A DNA stretch of 34,260 nt from Octopus bimaculoides (Eukaryota), in assembly GCF_001194135.2 (NCBI RefSeq), contig NC_068981.1, positions 161,067,856 through 161,102,115 on the forward strand, given 5' to 3'. Below the pieces are notes generated by a model, which saw only the letters and a program-made list of their open reading frames with translations, was not told the DNA's origin and ran no database searches. Below are positions 1 through 10,931 of the stretch, piece by piece (the first letter of the stretch is position 1; every line of letters starts with the position of its first letter). Made by a program: the position numbers and the translations under genes.

Positions 1-42
<42 letters not shown>

Positions 43-110
43 CACATGCATGCATGCACATATACATACATACATATATACATATATGCATACATACATA
101 CATACATATA
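1..110. repeat. (AT)n / (ATAC)n compound microsatellite
   Basis: Directly visible di- and tetranucleotide runs. Confidence 0.95.
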
Positions 111-111
111 A

Positions 112-343
112 GGCGGTGAGCTGGCAGAAACGTTAGCACGCCGGGCGAAATGCTTAGCGGTATTTCGTCTGCCGCTACGTTCTGAGTTCAAATTCCGCTG
201 AGGTCGACTTTGCCTTTCATCCTTTCGGGGTCGATTAAATAAGTACCAGTTACGCACTCGGGTCAATGTAATCAACTTAATCTGTTTGTCTGTCCTTGTT
301 TGTCCCCTCTGTGTGTAGCCCCTTGTAGGTAGTAAAGAAATAA
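112..343 (+). mobile_element. tRNA-derived SINE, family A (Nin-like central domain), near full length
   Basis: GC-rich island in microsatellite with a tRNA-like head (GGCGGTGAGCTGGCAGAAACGTTAGC) and B-box GAGTTCAAATTCC at 184-196. The body TTTGCCTTTCATCCTTTCGGGGTCGATTAAATAAGTACCAG resembles the Nin SINE domain as I recall it. Diverged copies lie at 7830-7970 and 26806-27015. Confidence 0.8.
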
Positions 344-460
344 CATGCATACATACATACATAACATACATACATACATACATACATACATAACATACAT
401 ACATACATACATATATATACATACATATATACATAACATACATACATACACACATACATA
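344..460. repeat. (ATAC)n microsatellite
   Basis: Directly visible. Confidence 0.95.
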
Positions 461-632
461 TTGGACTTTCTTCTGTTTCTGAAGAAGAGCTTTGCTTAAA
501 ATATAAAACCACCTTCCTTTCCTTCCCTGAGCATCTACTAATACTTTACATCTACTAATACTTTACATCTACTACGTCCTCATGTTGTTGTTTTTTTGTG
601 TTTGTTCTTCGTTTTTTTTTGTGGGGGGGATT

Positions 633-635
<3 letters not shown>
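461..635 (+). mobile_element. Interspersed repeat remnant, possibly a Penelope-like terminal repeat
   Basis: CTGAAGAAGAGCTTTGCTTAAAATAT at 479-504 resembles a decayed PLE-type terminal motif. Its 3' part (ACGTCCTCA..TTGTTGTTTTTTTG..ACTATATATA) recurs at about 8058-8112. Contains 2.5 copies of a 17-bp unit at 532-574. Confidence 0.35.

Positions 636-702
<67 letters not shown>
636..702. repeat. (AT)n microsatellite
   Basis: Directly visible. Confidence 0.95.
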
Positions 703-707
<5 letters not shown>

Positions 708-714
708 GTTCACA

Positions 715-812
715 GGAATGGCTGTGTGGTAAGAAGCTTGCTTCCCAACCACATGGTTCTGGGTTTTGTCCCACTGTGTGGCACCTTGGGCAAGTGTCTT
801 CTACTATAGCCT
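715..812 (+). mobile_element. SINE family B (CORE-like), 5' fragment
   Basis: GCTGTGTGGTAAGAAGCTTGCTTCCCAACCACATGGTTCTGGGTT..CCCACTG..GGCACCTTGGGCAAGTGTCTTCTACTATAGCC. The same head occurs at 8190-8343 (-), 12718 (+), 17838 (+), 18234-18358 (-) and 22195 (+). ACCTTGGGCAAGTG resembles the CORE-SINE core. Confidence 0.8.
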
Positions 813-2079
813 GGTGAAAGACTAGTTATTTGTGACACAAGGCCAGAAGAATGCCAAAAAGCTGATCGATCTGGAAAAGAAGGACTTGAAAGCTTAAGAA
901 CCCTTCACATGATCAGAGATTTAGGGATATCCTGACCAAGAAATTTGATGAGAAGAAGGAGAAGCTACAATCCTGGACGCATTCATACATACATACATGT
1001 GTACATATATACATACATGCNNNNNNNNNNNNNNNNNNNNNNNNNNNNNNNNNNNNNNNNNNNNNNNNNNNNNNNNNNNNNNNNNNNNNNNNNNNNNNNN
1101 NNNNNNNNNNNNNNNNNNNNNNNNNNNNNNNNNNNNNNNNNNNNNNNNNNNNNNNNNNNNNNNNNNNNNNNNNNNNNNNNNNNNNNNNNNNNNNNNNNNN
1201 NNNNNNNNNNNNNNNNNNNNNNNNNNNNNNNNNNNNNNNNNNNNNNNNNNNNNNNNNNNNNNNNNNNNNNNNNNNNNNNNNNNNNNNNNNNNNNNNNNNN
1301 NNNNNNNNNNNNNNNNNNNNNNNNNNNNNNNNNNNNNNNNNNNNNNNNNNNNNNNNNNNNNNNNNNNNNNNNNNNNNNNNNNNNNNNNNNNNNNNNNNNN
1401 NNNNNNNNNNNNNNNNNNNNNNNNNNNNNNNNNNNNNNNNNNNNNNNNNNNNNNNNNNNNNNNNNNNNNNNNNNNNNNNNNNNNNNNNNNNNNNNNNNNN
1501 NNNNNNNNNNNNNNNNNNNNNNNNNNNNNNNNNNNNNNNNNNNNNNNNNNNNNNNNNNNNNNNNNNNNNNNNNNNNNNNNNNNNNNNNNNNNNNNNNNNN
1601 NNNNNNNNNNNNNNNNNNNNNNNNNNNNNNNNNNNNNNNNNNNNNNNNNNNNNNNNNNNNNNNNNNNNNNNNNNNNNNNNNNNNNNNNNNNNNNNNNNNN
1701 NNNNNNNNNNNNNNNNNNNNNNNNNNNNNNNNNNNNNNNNNNNNNNNNNNNNNNNNNNNNNNNNNNNNNNNNNNNNNNNNNNNNNNNNNNNNNNNNNNNN
1801 NNNNNNNNNNNNNNNNNNNNNNNNNNNNNNNNNNNNNNNNNNNNNNNNNNNNNNNNNNNNNNNNNNNNNNNNNNNNNNNNNNNNNNNNNNNNNNNNNNNN
1901 NNNNNNNNTGTAGTGTGATGGTGTTAGGAGGTGGGGAGGCAAGAGTGGGGAAAGCAAGGGTGCGGTGTGGGTTAGGCTGATGGTGGGGATAGAGGAGGGG
2001 TATGTGGGTAGGCGAGGGTGGGGGTAGAGGTGGGGCATGTGGGAGTGGGCACATATATATATATATATATGTCTATAAC

Positions 2080-2295
2080 TGTGTCTGTGTTTGTTCCCAC
2101 CCCATCACCACTTAACAACCAGTGTTGGTGCTTTTAAGTCCCCATAACCTAGAAGTACAGCAAAAAAAAAAGATCAATAGAATGTGTACTTGGCTTAAAA
2201 AATAAGCCCTGGAGTCAATTTGTTTTACTAAAACCCTCCAAGGTGGTGCTCCAGCATGGCCGCAGTCAAATGACTAAAACAATTAAAAGAATGAA
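2080..2295 (+). mobile_element. SINE family B, 3' half
   Basis: Matches the 3' half of the copy at 12900-13113 (..GGTGGTGCTCCAGCATGGCCGCAGTCAAATGACTAAAACAA..AAAAG). Confidence 0.75.
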
Positions 2296-2312
2296 ATATA
2301 TATATATATAGA

Positions 2313-2412
2313 TATGACCAGCTTCTTTCAGTTTCTATCTGCCAGATCCACTCATAAAGCATTGCTTGGCTGGGGTTAATAGTAGCTGAAACACTTGCCC
2401 AAGGTGTCACAC
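2313..2412 (-). mobile_element. SINE family B, internal fragment
   Basis: GCTTCTTTCAGTTTCTATCTGCCAGATCCACTCATAAAGC..ACACTTGCCCAAGGTG, similar to 8190-8280. Confidence 0.7.
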
Positions 2413-2778
2413 ACATATCCATGTCAGCACCTATGATGTGAAATAAAACTATTTATCAGAAACGGAGTAATGAGTGAAAAGTTGCTGCCTATTATAGATT
2501 ATATGCTATCAAAGACTTTGTCATTTCTTGTACAGTAAACGTGCTGCCTGTTAAAGATCAATCAATCACATGCTATCAAATAGTTTGTCATTTCTGATGC
2601 AGTAAATGGAAATCACTAATCTCATACAGTGAATTCAATAGCCCTTAGCTCCTGGGTTTAAAAAAGTCTTTTTATGTTGAACATGTTTATAATTCATGAC
2701 TATTTTCAGTCATGTGTATGTGTGTGCTTGTATGTGTGTGTATGCGTGTGCTTGTATGTGTGTTTGTGCATATTTATG

Positions 2779-2825
<47 letters not shown>

Positions 2826-2995
2826 GTCAACATTTAATGTCTGATTTCCATTCTGGAATGGGTTGGACAGTTTGACAGAAACTGGCATGGCCAGGGCTTG
2901 CACCAGGTTCCAGAGTCTGTTTTGGCTTGGTTTCTATGGCTGGATGCCCTTCCTAATGCCAACCACTTTACAGAGTGAACTGAGGGCATTTACTT
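2779..2995 (-). mobile_element. RTE/RTEX-like LINE 3' end with (GAT)n tail
   Basis: A (CAT)n tract is followed by TTTAATGTC..GGGTTGGACAG..GGCTGGATGCCCTTCCTAATGCCAACCAC, the reverse complement of the tail at 33830-33990. Confidence 0.8.
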
Positions 2996-3830
2996 GGTGC
3001 CAGCACTAGTGCTTTTTACATGACACTATAACTAACAGTTTTCATGTGGAACCAGCACCAGTGCTTTTTATGTGACACCATCACCAGTGCTTTTTAAGTG
3101 GCTCCATCACCAATGCTTTTTAAGTGGCTTCATCATGAGTGCTTTTTACATGGCACCATCACCAATGCTTTATATGTGACACCATCTCCAGTGCCTTTTA
3201 TGTGGAACCATCACCAGTGCTTTTTACATGGCACCATTTCCAGTGCCTTTTATGTGGAACCATCACCAGTGCTTTTTAGATGGCACCATCACTAGTGCTT
3301 TTTACGTGGCACCATTTCCAGTGCCTTTTATGTGGCACCATCACCAGTGCTTTTTAGGTAGCACCATCACTAGTGCTTTTTACGTGGCACCATTCCCAGT
3401 GCCTTTTATGTGGCACCATCACCAGTGCTTTTTAGGTAGCACCATCACTGATACTTTTTTACGTGGCATCATCACCTGTGCTTTTTAAATGGCACCATCA
3501 CCAACACTTTTTTTATGTGACACCATCACCAGTGCTTTTTACGTGGCACCAGCACCAGTGCTTTTTTCATGGATCCATCAGCATTACATGACACCATCAT
3601 CAGTTGTTTTTTATGTGGCACCATGACCAGTGCTTTTTATGTGGCACCAGCACCAGTGCTTTTTATATGGATCCATCACCTTTATGTGGCACCATCACCA
3701 GTGCTTTTTACGTGGCACTGTCACCAGTGCTTTTTACATGGTATCAGCACCAGTGCTTTTTACATGGATTCATCACCTTTACGTGCAACCATCACCAGTA
3801 CCTTTTATGTAGAACCATCAGCAGAATTTT
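2995..3830. repeat. 26-bp minisatellite (about 30 units) with a 78-bp higher-order repeat
   Basis: Consensus GGCACCATCACCAGTGCTTTTTAYRT. Three-unit blocks start at 3230, 3308 and 3386. Confidence 0.9.
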
Positions 3831-3989
3831 TCATATGGTACCAATACCCATTCCCTGTGTGTATATATACAATAATTCTATTTAAAGCTTATTCAGTTAT
3901 TCTTTACAATGTTCTTTGGTTCCATTTGGTTCCTGGGATAATGCCAATGTGTGATTTAGATTTGGGTAGTATATAAACTGGTATATAAA

Positions 3990-4236
3990 CTGTATGTGTG
4001 TGTGTACCAGTGTGTGTGATATGTGTGTGTGTGTGTGAGTGTTGAGTGTGCCTTGCATAATTCATGTGTATGTTTTGAATAATAATGCATAGTGTGTGTG
4101 TGTGTGTGTGTGTGTACACAGTGTGTACTTTGTTTCTGTTATAAAAGTGATGTGTGTCTATGATATGTAAGTGGTATATGTAAGTTTTGGTTCTACTGCA
4201 TATGTGCAGAGTGTGTGTGGTGTGGTGTGATGTGTA

Positions 4237-4267
<31 letters not shown>

Positions 4268-4420
4268 ATGCAGAATGCATTTGTGTTGAATGTGTGAACT
4301 GTGGTGTGTTTTGTATGACATCTGAATAATATGTGATATATTTGAATTGCATGAATTTGTTTGTATGTATATGTGTATGTATGTATGTATGTATGTATGC
4401 ATGTATAAGTGTGTGTATAT
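3990..4420. repeat. Degenerate (GT)n / (GTAT)n microsatellite tract
   Basis: Directly visible. Confidence 0.85.
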
Positions 4421-4428
4421 GAGTGAGT

Positions 4429-4815
4429 GTGGAGGTGCAATGACCCAGTGGTTAGGGCAGCGGACTCGCGGTCATAGGATCGCGGTTTCGATTCCCAGAC
4501 CGGGCGTTGTGAGTGTTTATTGAGCGAAAACACTTAAAGCTCCATGAGGCTCCAGCAGGGGATGGTGGCGAACCCTGCTGTACTCTTCTACCACAACTTT
4601 CTCTCACTCTTACTTCCTGTTTCTGTTGTGCCTGTAATTCAAAGGGTCAGCCTTGTCACTCTGTGTCACGCTGAATATCCCCGAGAACTACGATAAGGGT
4701 ACATGTGTCTGTGGAGTGCTCAGCCACTTGCACGTTAATTTCACGAGCAGGCTGTTCTGTTGATCGGATCAACTGGAACCCTCGACGTCGTAAACGACGG
4801 AGTGCCAACGACAAC
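4429..4815 (+). mobile_element. Full-length tRNA-derived SINE, family C, with 12-bp TSD
   Basis: A-box-like TGACCCAGTGGTTAGG and B-box-like GGTTTCGATTCCC. 3' hairpin CGTCG-TAAA-CGACG and an ACAAC tail. The flanking direct repeat ATATGAGTGAGT is at 4417-4428 and 4816-4827. Confidence 0.88.
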
Positions 4816-5119
4816 ATATGAGTGAGTATGTTGAGTGTATGTGTGTGTGTAGCACGTATATGATGTTCATGTGTTGTTAGTGTTGTTTGCTCTGATTAAA
4901 CTAACCTATGACAAATGGTGCACCAGCTATGACTTACCGTCTTAAGGCATAGTATATCAAGGTCTACATTTACCATGTGGTTTGCTTTTGTTTAGGACAG
5001 CAATGTTTGATTTGAGAGCAGTTTGTCTGATATTTCTAGTATGTAGAACGACCACTCATAGGCCTCTCTTTTTGGCTTGTGTGTGTGTGTATGTGTGTGT
5101 GTGTGTTGATGTTTGTCAC

Positions 5120-5335
5120 CACTATCAACACTAGTCTCTCTATCAACACTATCATCTCTACTGACATTATCACCTCCATCATCAATATAACTATAGTTAC
5201 CACTATCAACATTGTCATCACTAATATCGCCATCAACACTATCATCACTATCATCACTATCAACATTATGATCTATATTGTTGCTATTGTCACTGTTCTC
5301 CATACTTTTACTATCAACACTAACATCTATGTCAA
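5120..5335. repeat. Degenerate (ACT/ATC/AAC)n trinucleotide low-complexity tract
   Basis: ACTATCAACACTATCATC.. pattern. It accounts for the D/S-rich and I/T-rich ORFs here. Confidence 0.8.
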
Positions 5336-5899
5336 CTAGATTCCATTTCTTATTGAATGTTCAATAAATATACAAAGATATTTCCTTGAACACATCTAAA
5401 AATCAATGAACAACAGATGGAAGATTGGTGCCATATTTGGCTTTATTAAAAGCAGAATGTTGAAATCATTTGAAGGAAATGAAAATACATACCATTTCTT
5501 TGGAAAGAAATACTTTATAATTTCATACAGCTAATGTTTTTTTTTTTTATCATTTTTTAAATATTTGTTTCAATCAGGGGGTTGTGCCAATGTGGGGTGA
5601 AGTATAGTGTTTGCTGTTAGAAAAAGATTCCTTTCTGGTATCTAAGAATATTGATAGTAAGGGAGGGACAGGGGTGATTGTCATATCAAGCCACTGGAGA
5701 AATATATAGATTTGAAACTGTGCTTGCGGGAAGAGACTAATTCTGGGCTAAGGTTCAGCAGCTGGGTCTTAAAGAAGAAATGTAGGATTGAGCAGTACAG
5801 AATTACAGAATTAGTAAGGTTAGGTTTTTGCTTGGATTGCTGTGTATGGGCCAATATTTTCCACTTTATGGTGAATGAGATGTTTTTGATCTTCAGTAT

Positions 5900-6495
5900 C
5901 CATACATGAGAATTTTTTCTGTTTGGCTGCACCTGTGGAAATTTTAAAGTTTAGTGAAAATTCTAGAATTTGGTGTATCGATGTACTTTTCCACACCAAA
6001 TCTCAGGAGATATTTTTTCAGAACAGTAAACAAATGAAATATTGGCATAATTCTGCTTTATGCATATCATATAATCCTCTCATAACTTTTTTTGGAATTT
6101 TCAGAAAATTTTTGTGAATTTGTATTCTACACATCGGAATTCATACAATTATGCAAAAAAAAAAAAAAGGAGGAGTTTTCTTGCATGATTTAAGGTCTAT
6201 TTAGCTGTTATTTTTAGCACAACTCATGCCACATGTGTTTTAAGAACACGTGGTAAGCAGCTTGGTAACAGCTTGGTTTGTTATTATGGAAACAGGCACC
6301 TATATGTCTGACTTTTGATTGGCTAAAATTACCCAAAATTTGGAAACTTTAAAAGCTATTAACTCTTCATCTATTTATTGATGTATGGTGAAAATGAATC
6401 TCATGTCAATGATTCCCTTACAAAACTACACCAACATGTCAAATATGAAATCAATTGGAACAAAAATTTAAGAAATTGTTAGGGTACAAAACACG
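5900..6495. mobile_element. Possible non-autonomous DNA transposon remnant
   Basis: AT-rich non-coding sequence with the texture of transposon subterminal DNA. I could not identify TIRs or a TSD. Confidence 0.2.
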
Positions 6496-6928
6496 TGCAT
6501 GTATTGTGCTTTGAACTATTCTTTTGGCCTTCCATGTGTCTGTGGTTGGTATTGTAGTATTCATGGTTGCTATTTTGCTATAAATATTGTTACTTGTGAG
6601 GCAATTTCCATTTAGCAATAGGGATGTTGATGAGGCTAGCTGTATGGTTTTGGTTTGCGTATTCCCGCCCCCCCCCCGCAAATTTATATATATATATATA
6701 ATTTTTTGTGCATGTATATTAAAAATATAAATATGTATGTAATGTATATAATATTTTGGTCAAGTCAGTCTCTTGTTACACTGAGCTTCACCTATGAGTA
6801 CAGAGGATCTTCAGGCAAGTTATGACTGAAGAAATTATGGGATTTTCACATCTGCATAAAGGAGTCTTGTTGTAGAGTATTATGGTGAAGGAGAAATGAG
6901 ATAAAGGGGAAAAAATGATGAAGCAAAA

Positions 6929-6969
<41 letters not shown>

Positions 6970-7829
6970 GTAAAAAATAAGGAAGAAAATAAAATGAGAA
7001 AAAGAAAAAGAAGAAAATGAAGGAAGTAAAAAGAGGAAAGGATTGGTGTGTTTTATGGGGGTAAGGAATGAAGTAGGGTGGGTAGGTGTTAGAATGGTCA
7101 AAGAATTCAACTGAAATATTCAAAAGAAAACAATAGCAGATGAGTAGATGAATGGAATTTAGAAACCAATGACATTAAAACTGACAAGTCTAAAATGAAG
7201 AGAAGGGAAAAAAAAAAAGAAATCTTAACAAAAGGGGTGCTGATTTAGAGTAATGGTCAGCCGTTCAAGGGTAAGTTGGTGGCCATTGTGGTAACAGTTA
7301 TTTGATAAAATCAAACAGAATAAAGTAAAAAATAAAGAACAAAGTAGAAAATTGGGAATTTTGGTAAGAATGTAAACATATTAAAGAAATAAATAAAAAG
7401 ATATAAATAAAAGGATATTGAAAAATGCTGGGTAAAGATATTGAAGGCTTATTGGAAAACCTATTTAAAATGCTAAAGGTATTGAAGAGTTAGTTATAGG
7501 ATTATAAAAATTTTGAGAAATGTGAAAAGAATAAGAAACGTGAAAGAGAGTAAATGCCAAAAACGAGTAACAAAAACCAAGAGAAACTGAAGAACAAGAT
7601 ATGCCAGGATGAATAGGCGAATAGATAACTGATTTGAGTAAAAGAAGTGAGTAAATAAATCATTGTAGGAATGATGATGGTGAATAAGGTGGGTAGAAAG
7701 AGGTGGAAGAACAAACGATAGGGATAATAATATTTTTCAGGAAAGTAGCGAAGGGTGTGATATTAAAGAAAATTGGATAATAGTAATAATGATCCTTTCT
7801 ACTAAATGCACAAGGATCGAAATTTCAGT

Positions 7830-7970
7830 GGGGAGGAGGCTAGTTTATTACATCAACCCCAGTGTTTCACTGATAATTTATTGGCTTGAAAAGGATGAAA
7901 AACAAAGTCAACCTCAGCAGAATGTAAAGATAGACAAAATGCTGCTAAGCATTTTGCCTGGTGTGAGAAC
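7830..7970 (-). mobile_element. SINE family A, diverged copy
   Basis: The reverse complement reads CCAGGCAAAATGCTTAGCAGCATTT..GCTGAGGTTGACTTTG..TTCATCCTTT..CACTGGGGTTGATGTAAT, collinear with 140-280. Confidence 0.7.
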
Positions 7971-8104
7971 TATAAGAACTAAATACATACATGAAACAGG
8001 TTAAGGTAATACAATAGGGGGTAGTGTCTGATATATATATATATATATATCCATATCACGTCCTCACCTTGTTGTTTTTTTGTTTTTTTGTTATTGTGTT
8101 TTTG

Positions 8105-8145
<41 letters not shown>

Positions 8146-8189
8146 GAAGTACATATAAATGCATATACATACATACATATAAATATATA

Positions 8190-8343
8190 TGACAGGCTTC
8201 TTTCAGTTTCTGTCTACCAAATTCACTCATAAGGCTTTTATTGGCCCAAGGCAACTGTAGAAGACACTTCCCCAAGGTGTCATGCAGTGGGACTGAACCC
8301 GGGATCATGTGGTTGAGAAGCAAGCTTCTTACCACACAGCCAC
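8190..8343 (-). mobile_element. SINE family B, 5' half
   Basis: Reverse complement of the head at 715-812, plus the following body. Confidence 0.8.
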
Positions 8344-8573
8344 TCACATATATATATACATATANNNNNNNNNNNNNNNNNNNNNNNNNNNNNNNNNNNN
8401 NNNNNNNNNNNNNNNNNNNNNNNNNNNNNNNNNNNNNNNNNNNNNNNNNNNNNNNNNNNNNNNNNNNNNNNNNNNNNNNNNNNNNNNNNNNNNNNNNNNN
8501 NNNNNNNNNNNNNNNNNNNNNNNNNNNNNNNNNNNNNNNNNNNNNNNNNNNNNNNNNNNNNNNNNNNNNNNNN

Positions 8574-8607
<34 letters not shown>

Positions 8608-8686
8608 TATATATACACACACACATATATATACACACACACATATATATACACACACACATATATATGCATTTATATATATATGA

Positions 8687-8892
8687 CCATCATCATCATC
8701 TTTACAATTTTACATTCATTCTAGCTAGCAGGCTTGGGTGGACAGGTCCTCTCCCACATAGCATCCTGCCACTTGTTCTGTTCTTTTGTTATTTCCTTTG
8801 TGAGATTCAGAATCCTGGGATCAGCTTTCACTACTTCTGTGCATATCTTCTGTGGTATTTTTCATTCCCACTAGTTCCTTCCGCATGGCTCC
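8687..8892 (-). pseudogene. RTEX-like LINE ORF2 C-terminus with very short 3' UTR and (GAT)n tail
   Basis: Minus strand translates EPCGRN*WE*KIPQKICTEVVKADPRILNLTKEITKEQNKWQDAMWERT, aligning with TCGRG.PRKTWDEVVKHDL..L.LTEAMTSD.DLW..AV.E.T from the other copies. It ends in GATGATGATG. Confidence 0.65.
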
Positions 8893-9758
8893 TTGGGCGC
8901 TTCTTTCTGAGCCTTCATTACATTAACACATATATGCACATACATATATATGTGTGTATATACATAAATATAGATGCATATATATATATATACACACATA
9001 TATGTATATACATATGTACATAAACACTCACACACACGTACACACACATATACACACACAGACACACATATATACACACACATATATATATTCATGCGCA
9101 TACATATATACATACACAAAAATATATATAAATATATATACATATACATACAAACATATATATATGTATATATATATATATGCATATATATATATATATT
9201 TGTATACATACATATATATGTGTATATATATATGCATGCATATATANNNNNNNNNNNNNNNNNNNNNNNNNNNNNNNNNNNNNNNNNNNNNNNNNNNNNN
9301 NNNNNNNNNNNNNNNNNNNNNNNNNNNNNNNNNNNNNNNNNNNNNNNNNNNNNNNNNNNNNNNNNNNNNNNNNNNNNNNNNTGAGCCTTCATTACATTAA
9401 CACATATATGCACATACATATATATGTGTGTATATACATAAATATAGATGCATATATATATATATACACACATATATGTATATACATATGTACATAAACA
9501 CTCACACACACGTACACACACATATACACACACAGACACACATATATACACACACATATATATATTCATGCGCATACATATATACATACACAAAAATATA
9601 TATAAATATATATACATATACATACAAACATATATATATGTATATATATAGATAAACTTACCTGGAAATGGATGCGTGGCATTCAATCATATAAATAAGA
9701 TACATATATATAGGCATATATGCATACATATTTGTACATACATATATATGTATATATA

Positions 9759-9976
9759 TGCATATATGGGTACAGGATGTCACGAAATGTAAACAACATG
9801 AAATACGAAGACAAACTTTGGTATGCGAACAACTAGAAAAACAAATGAAAAACAAGACAAGTAAACACAGAGAAAGACCCTTCATCAGTTGTCGGCTATC
9901 CATCTACTCCTCATTTTGAGCAATCAACGACAATATGAGGCTTCGAAAAGCAGTTACTCCCGGGAACCAAAATAAA
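9759..9976 (+). repeat. Left arm of a ~215-bp diverged inverted repeat (interspersed repeat copy)
   Basis: Reverse complement of 10467-10680 at roughly 80% identity by eye. Confidence 0.8.
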
Positions 9977-9989
9977 GTAAGTTTATTTT

Positions 9990-10135
9990 AATAATTTTGA
10001 TGCAACTCTACCCTATACTGTCCTTTCTCTCCCCCTTTCGTCTTCTCTCTCTTCTTTCTTTTTTTCACCACTTCTCTACCTTTTGTTTTATTCTCTCTCA
10101 TCCATTCTCTAATTCTTTTTTCTACCCTTCACCAT

Positions 10136-10183
<48 letters not shown>

Positions 10184-10330
10184 TCTTTCTCCTTTGCTTT
10201 CTCTTGTTGCTCACACATTACCATCGTCCATCTTTCTTTTCTTCACGTGATCATCTTTCTTTTCTTTCAGTCTGTCTTACAGACCAGACGCATTCTTATC
10301 TGTCTCCTCTTCTATCTTTTTTCTTGTCAA
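9990..10330. repeat. CT-rich low-complexity tract with (CT)n
   Basis: Directly visible. Confidence 0.85.
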
Positions 10331-10466
10331 ATACAATATTCCTCCAGCATTCACTACTTTACCTTGTCTGGCCTAATGGACTCCATGTTTGTTTTTGTTT
10401 GGTTTGTTGTATGTCTTCACTGTCCTGTTTTTGTTACCAGCTTCGACCCTCTACAAATCCCAAATT

Positions 10467-10680
10467 TTTATTTTGGTTCACAAGAGCAACTGCCTTTTAA
10501 AGCCTCATATTGTCATTAATTGCTCGAAATGAGGAGTAGTTGGACAACTAATGAAAGGTCGTTCTTTATGTTACTTGTCTTGTTTTCCATTTGTTTCTCT
10601 CATTGTTCGCATACCTAAGTTTGTCTTCATATTTCATGGGGTTTACGTTTTGTGATGTCCTGTACCCATATATGCATATA
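10467..10680 (-). repeat. Right arm of the ~215-bp diverged inverted repeat
   Basis: Its reverse complement, ATATGGGTACAGGACATCAC..CAATATGAGGCTT..GAACCAAAATAAA, aligns to 9759-9976. Confidence 0.8.
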
Positions 10681-10731
10681 TACGTATGTATGTACATATA
10701 TGTATGTATATATGCATATATATATATATAG

Positions 10732-10931
10732 GAAAATGAAAAAAAAGGCAGAATGCTAAACTGGAAGCATATTTTAATAAAGATTTCTAACCGGTTTTCA
10801 TTGCGAAAGCAAATTATCAAGAAGAAGGAGAATGAAAATGTTTTTTACAAAGAAGTACAAAATGAAAACCGGTTAGAAATCTTTATTAAAATATGCTTCC
10901 AGTTTAGCATTCTGCCTTTTTTTTCATTTTC
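10732..10931. repeat. Perfect 71-bp inverted repeat with 58-bp spacer
   Basis: 10732-10802 is the exact reverse complement of 10861-10931. The right arm ends at the N-gap. Confidence 0.9.

Noticed and set aside
112-200. SINE heads as tRNA genes (also 715 and 4429)
   Set aside because: A/B boxes are present, but there is no complete cloverleaf and each continues into a repeated SINE body.
813-990. Possible RTE C-terminal remnant (KKDLKA..DQRFRD)
   Set aside because: The resemblance is too weak to support without a profile search.
2995-3830. CRISPR-like array, or a repeat protein from ORFs 3098-3976
   Set aside because: The units are head-to-tail without unique spacers, the context is eukaryotic and there are no cas genes. 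The 26-aa periodicity simply follows the 78-bp block.
4992-5303. Asp/Ser-rich 103-aa ORF resembling a biomineral protein
   Set aside because: It coincides with a degenerate trinucleotide tract and runs into (CA)n. No splice or domain support.
8908-9650. Exact 269-bp direct duplication (8908-9176 and 9382-9650)
   Set aside because: The second copy starts exactly at the end of an N-gap and is identical. It is most likely an unmerged contig overlap.
9655-9710. Perfect minus-strand donor CAG|GTAAGT
   Set aside because: There is no plausible acceptor or open exon upstream, and it is embedded in microsatellite.
9875-9895. CTGATGA on the minus strand as a hammerhead core
   Set aside because: There is no downstream GAAA with a closing stem II, and the inverted copy has CTAATGA.
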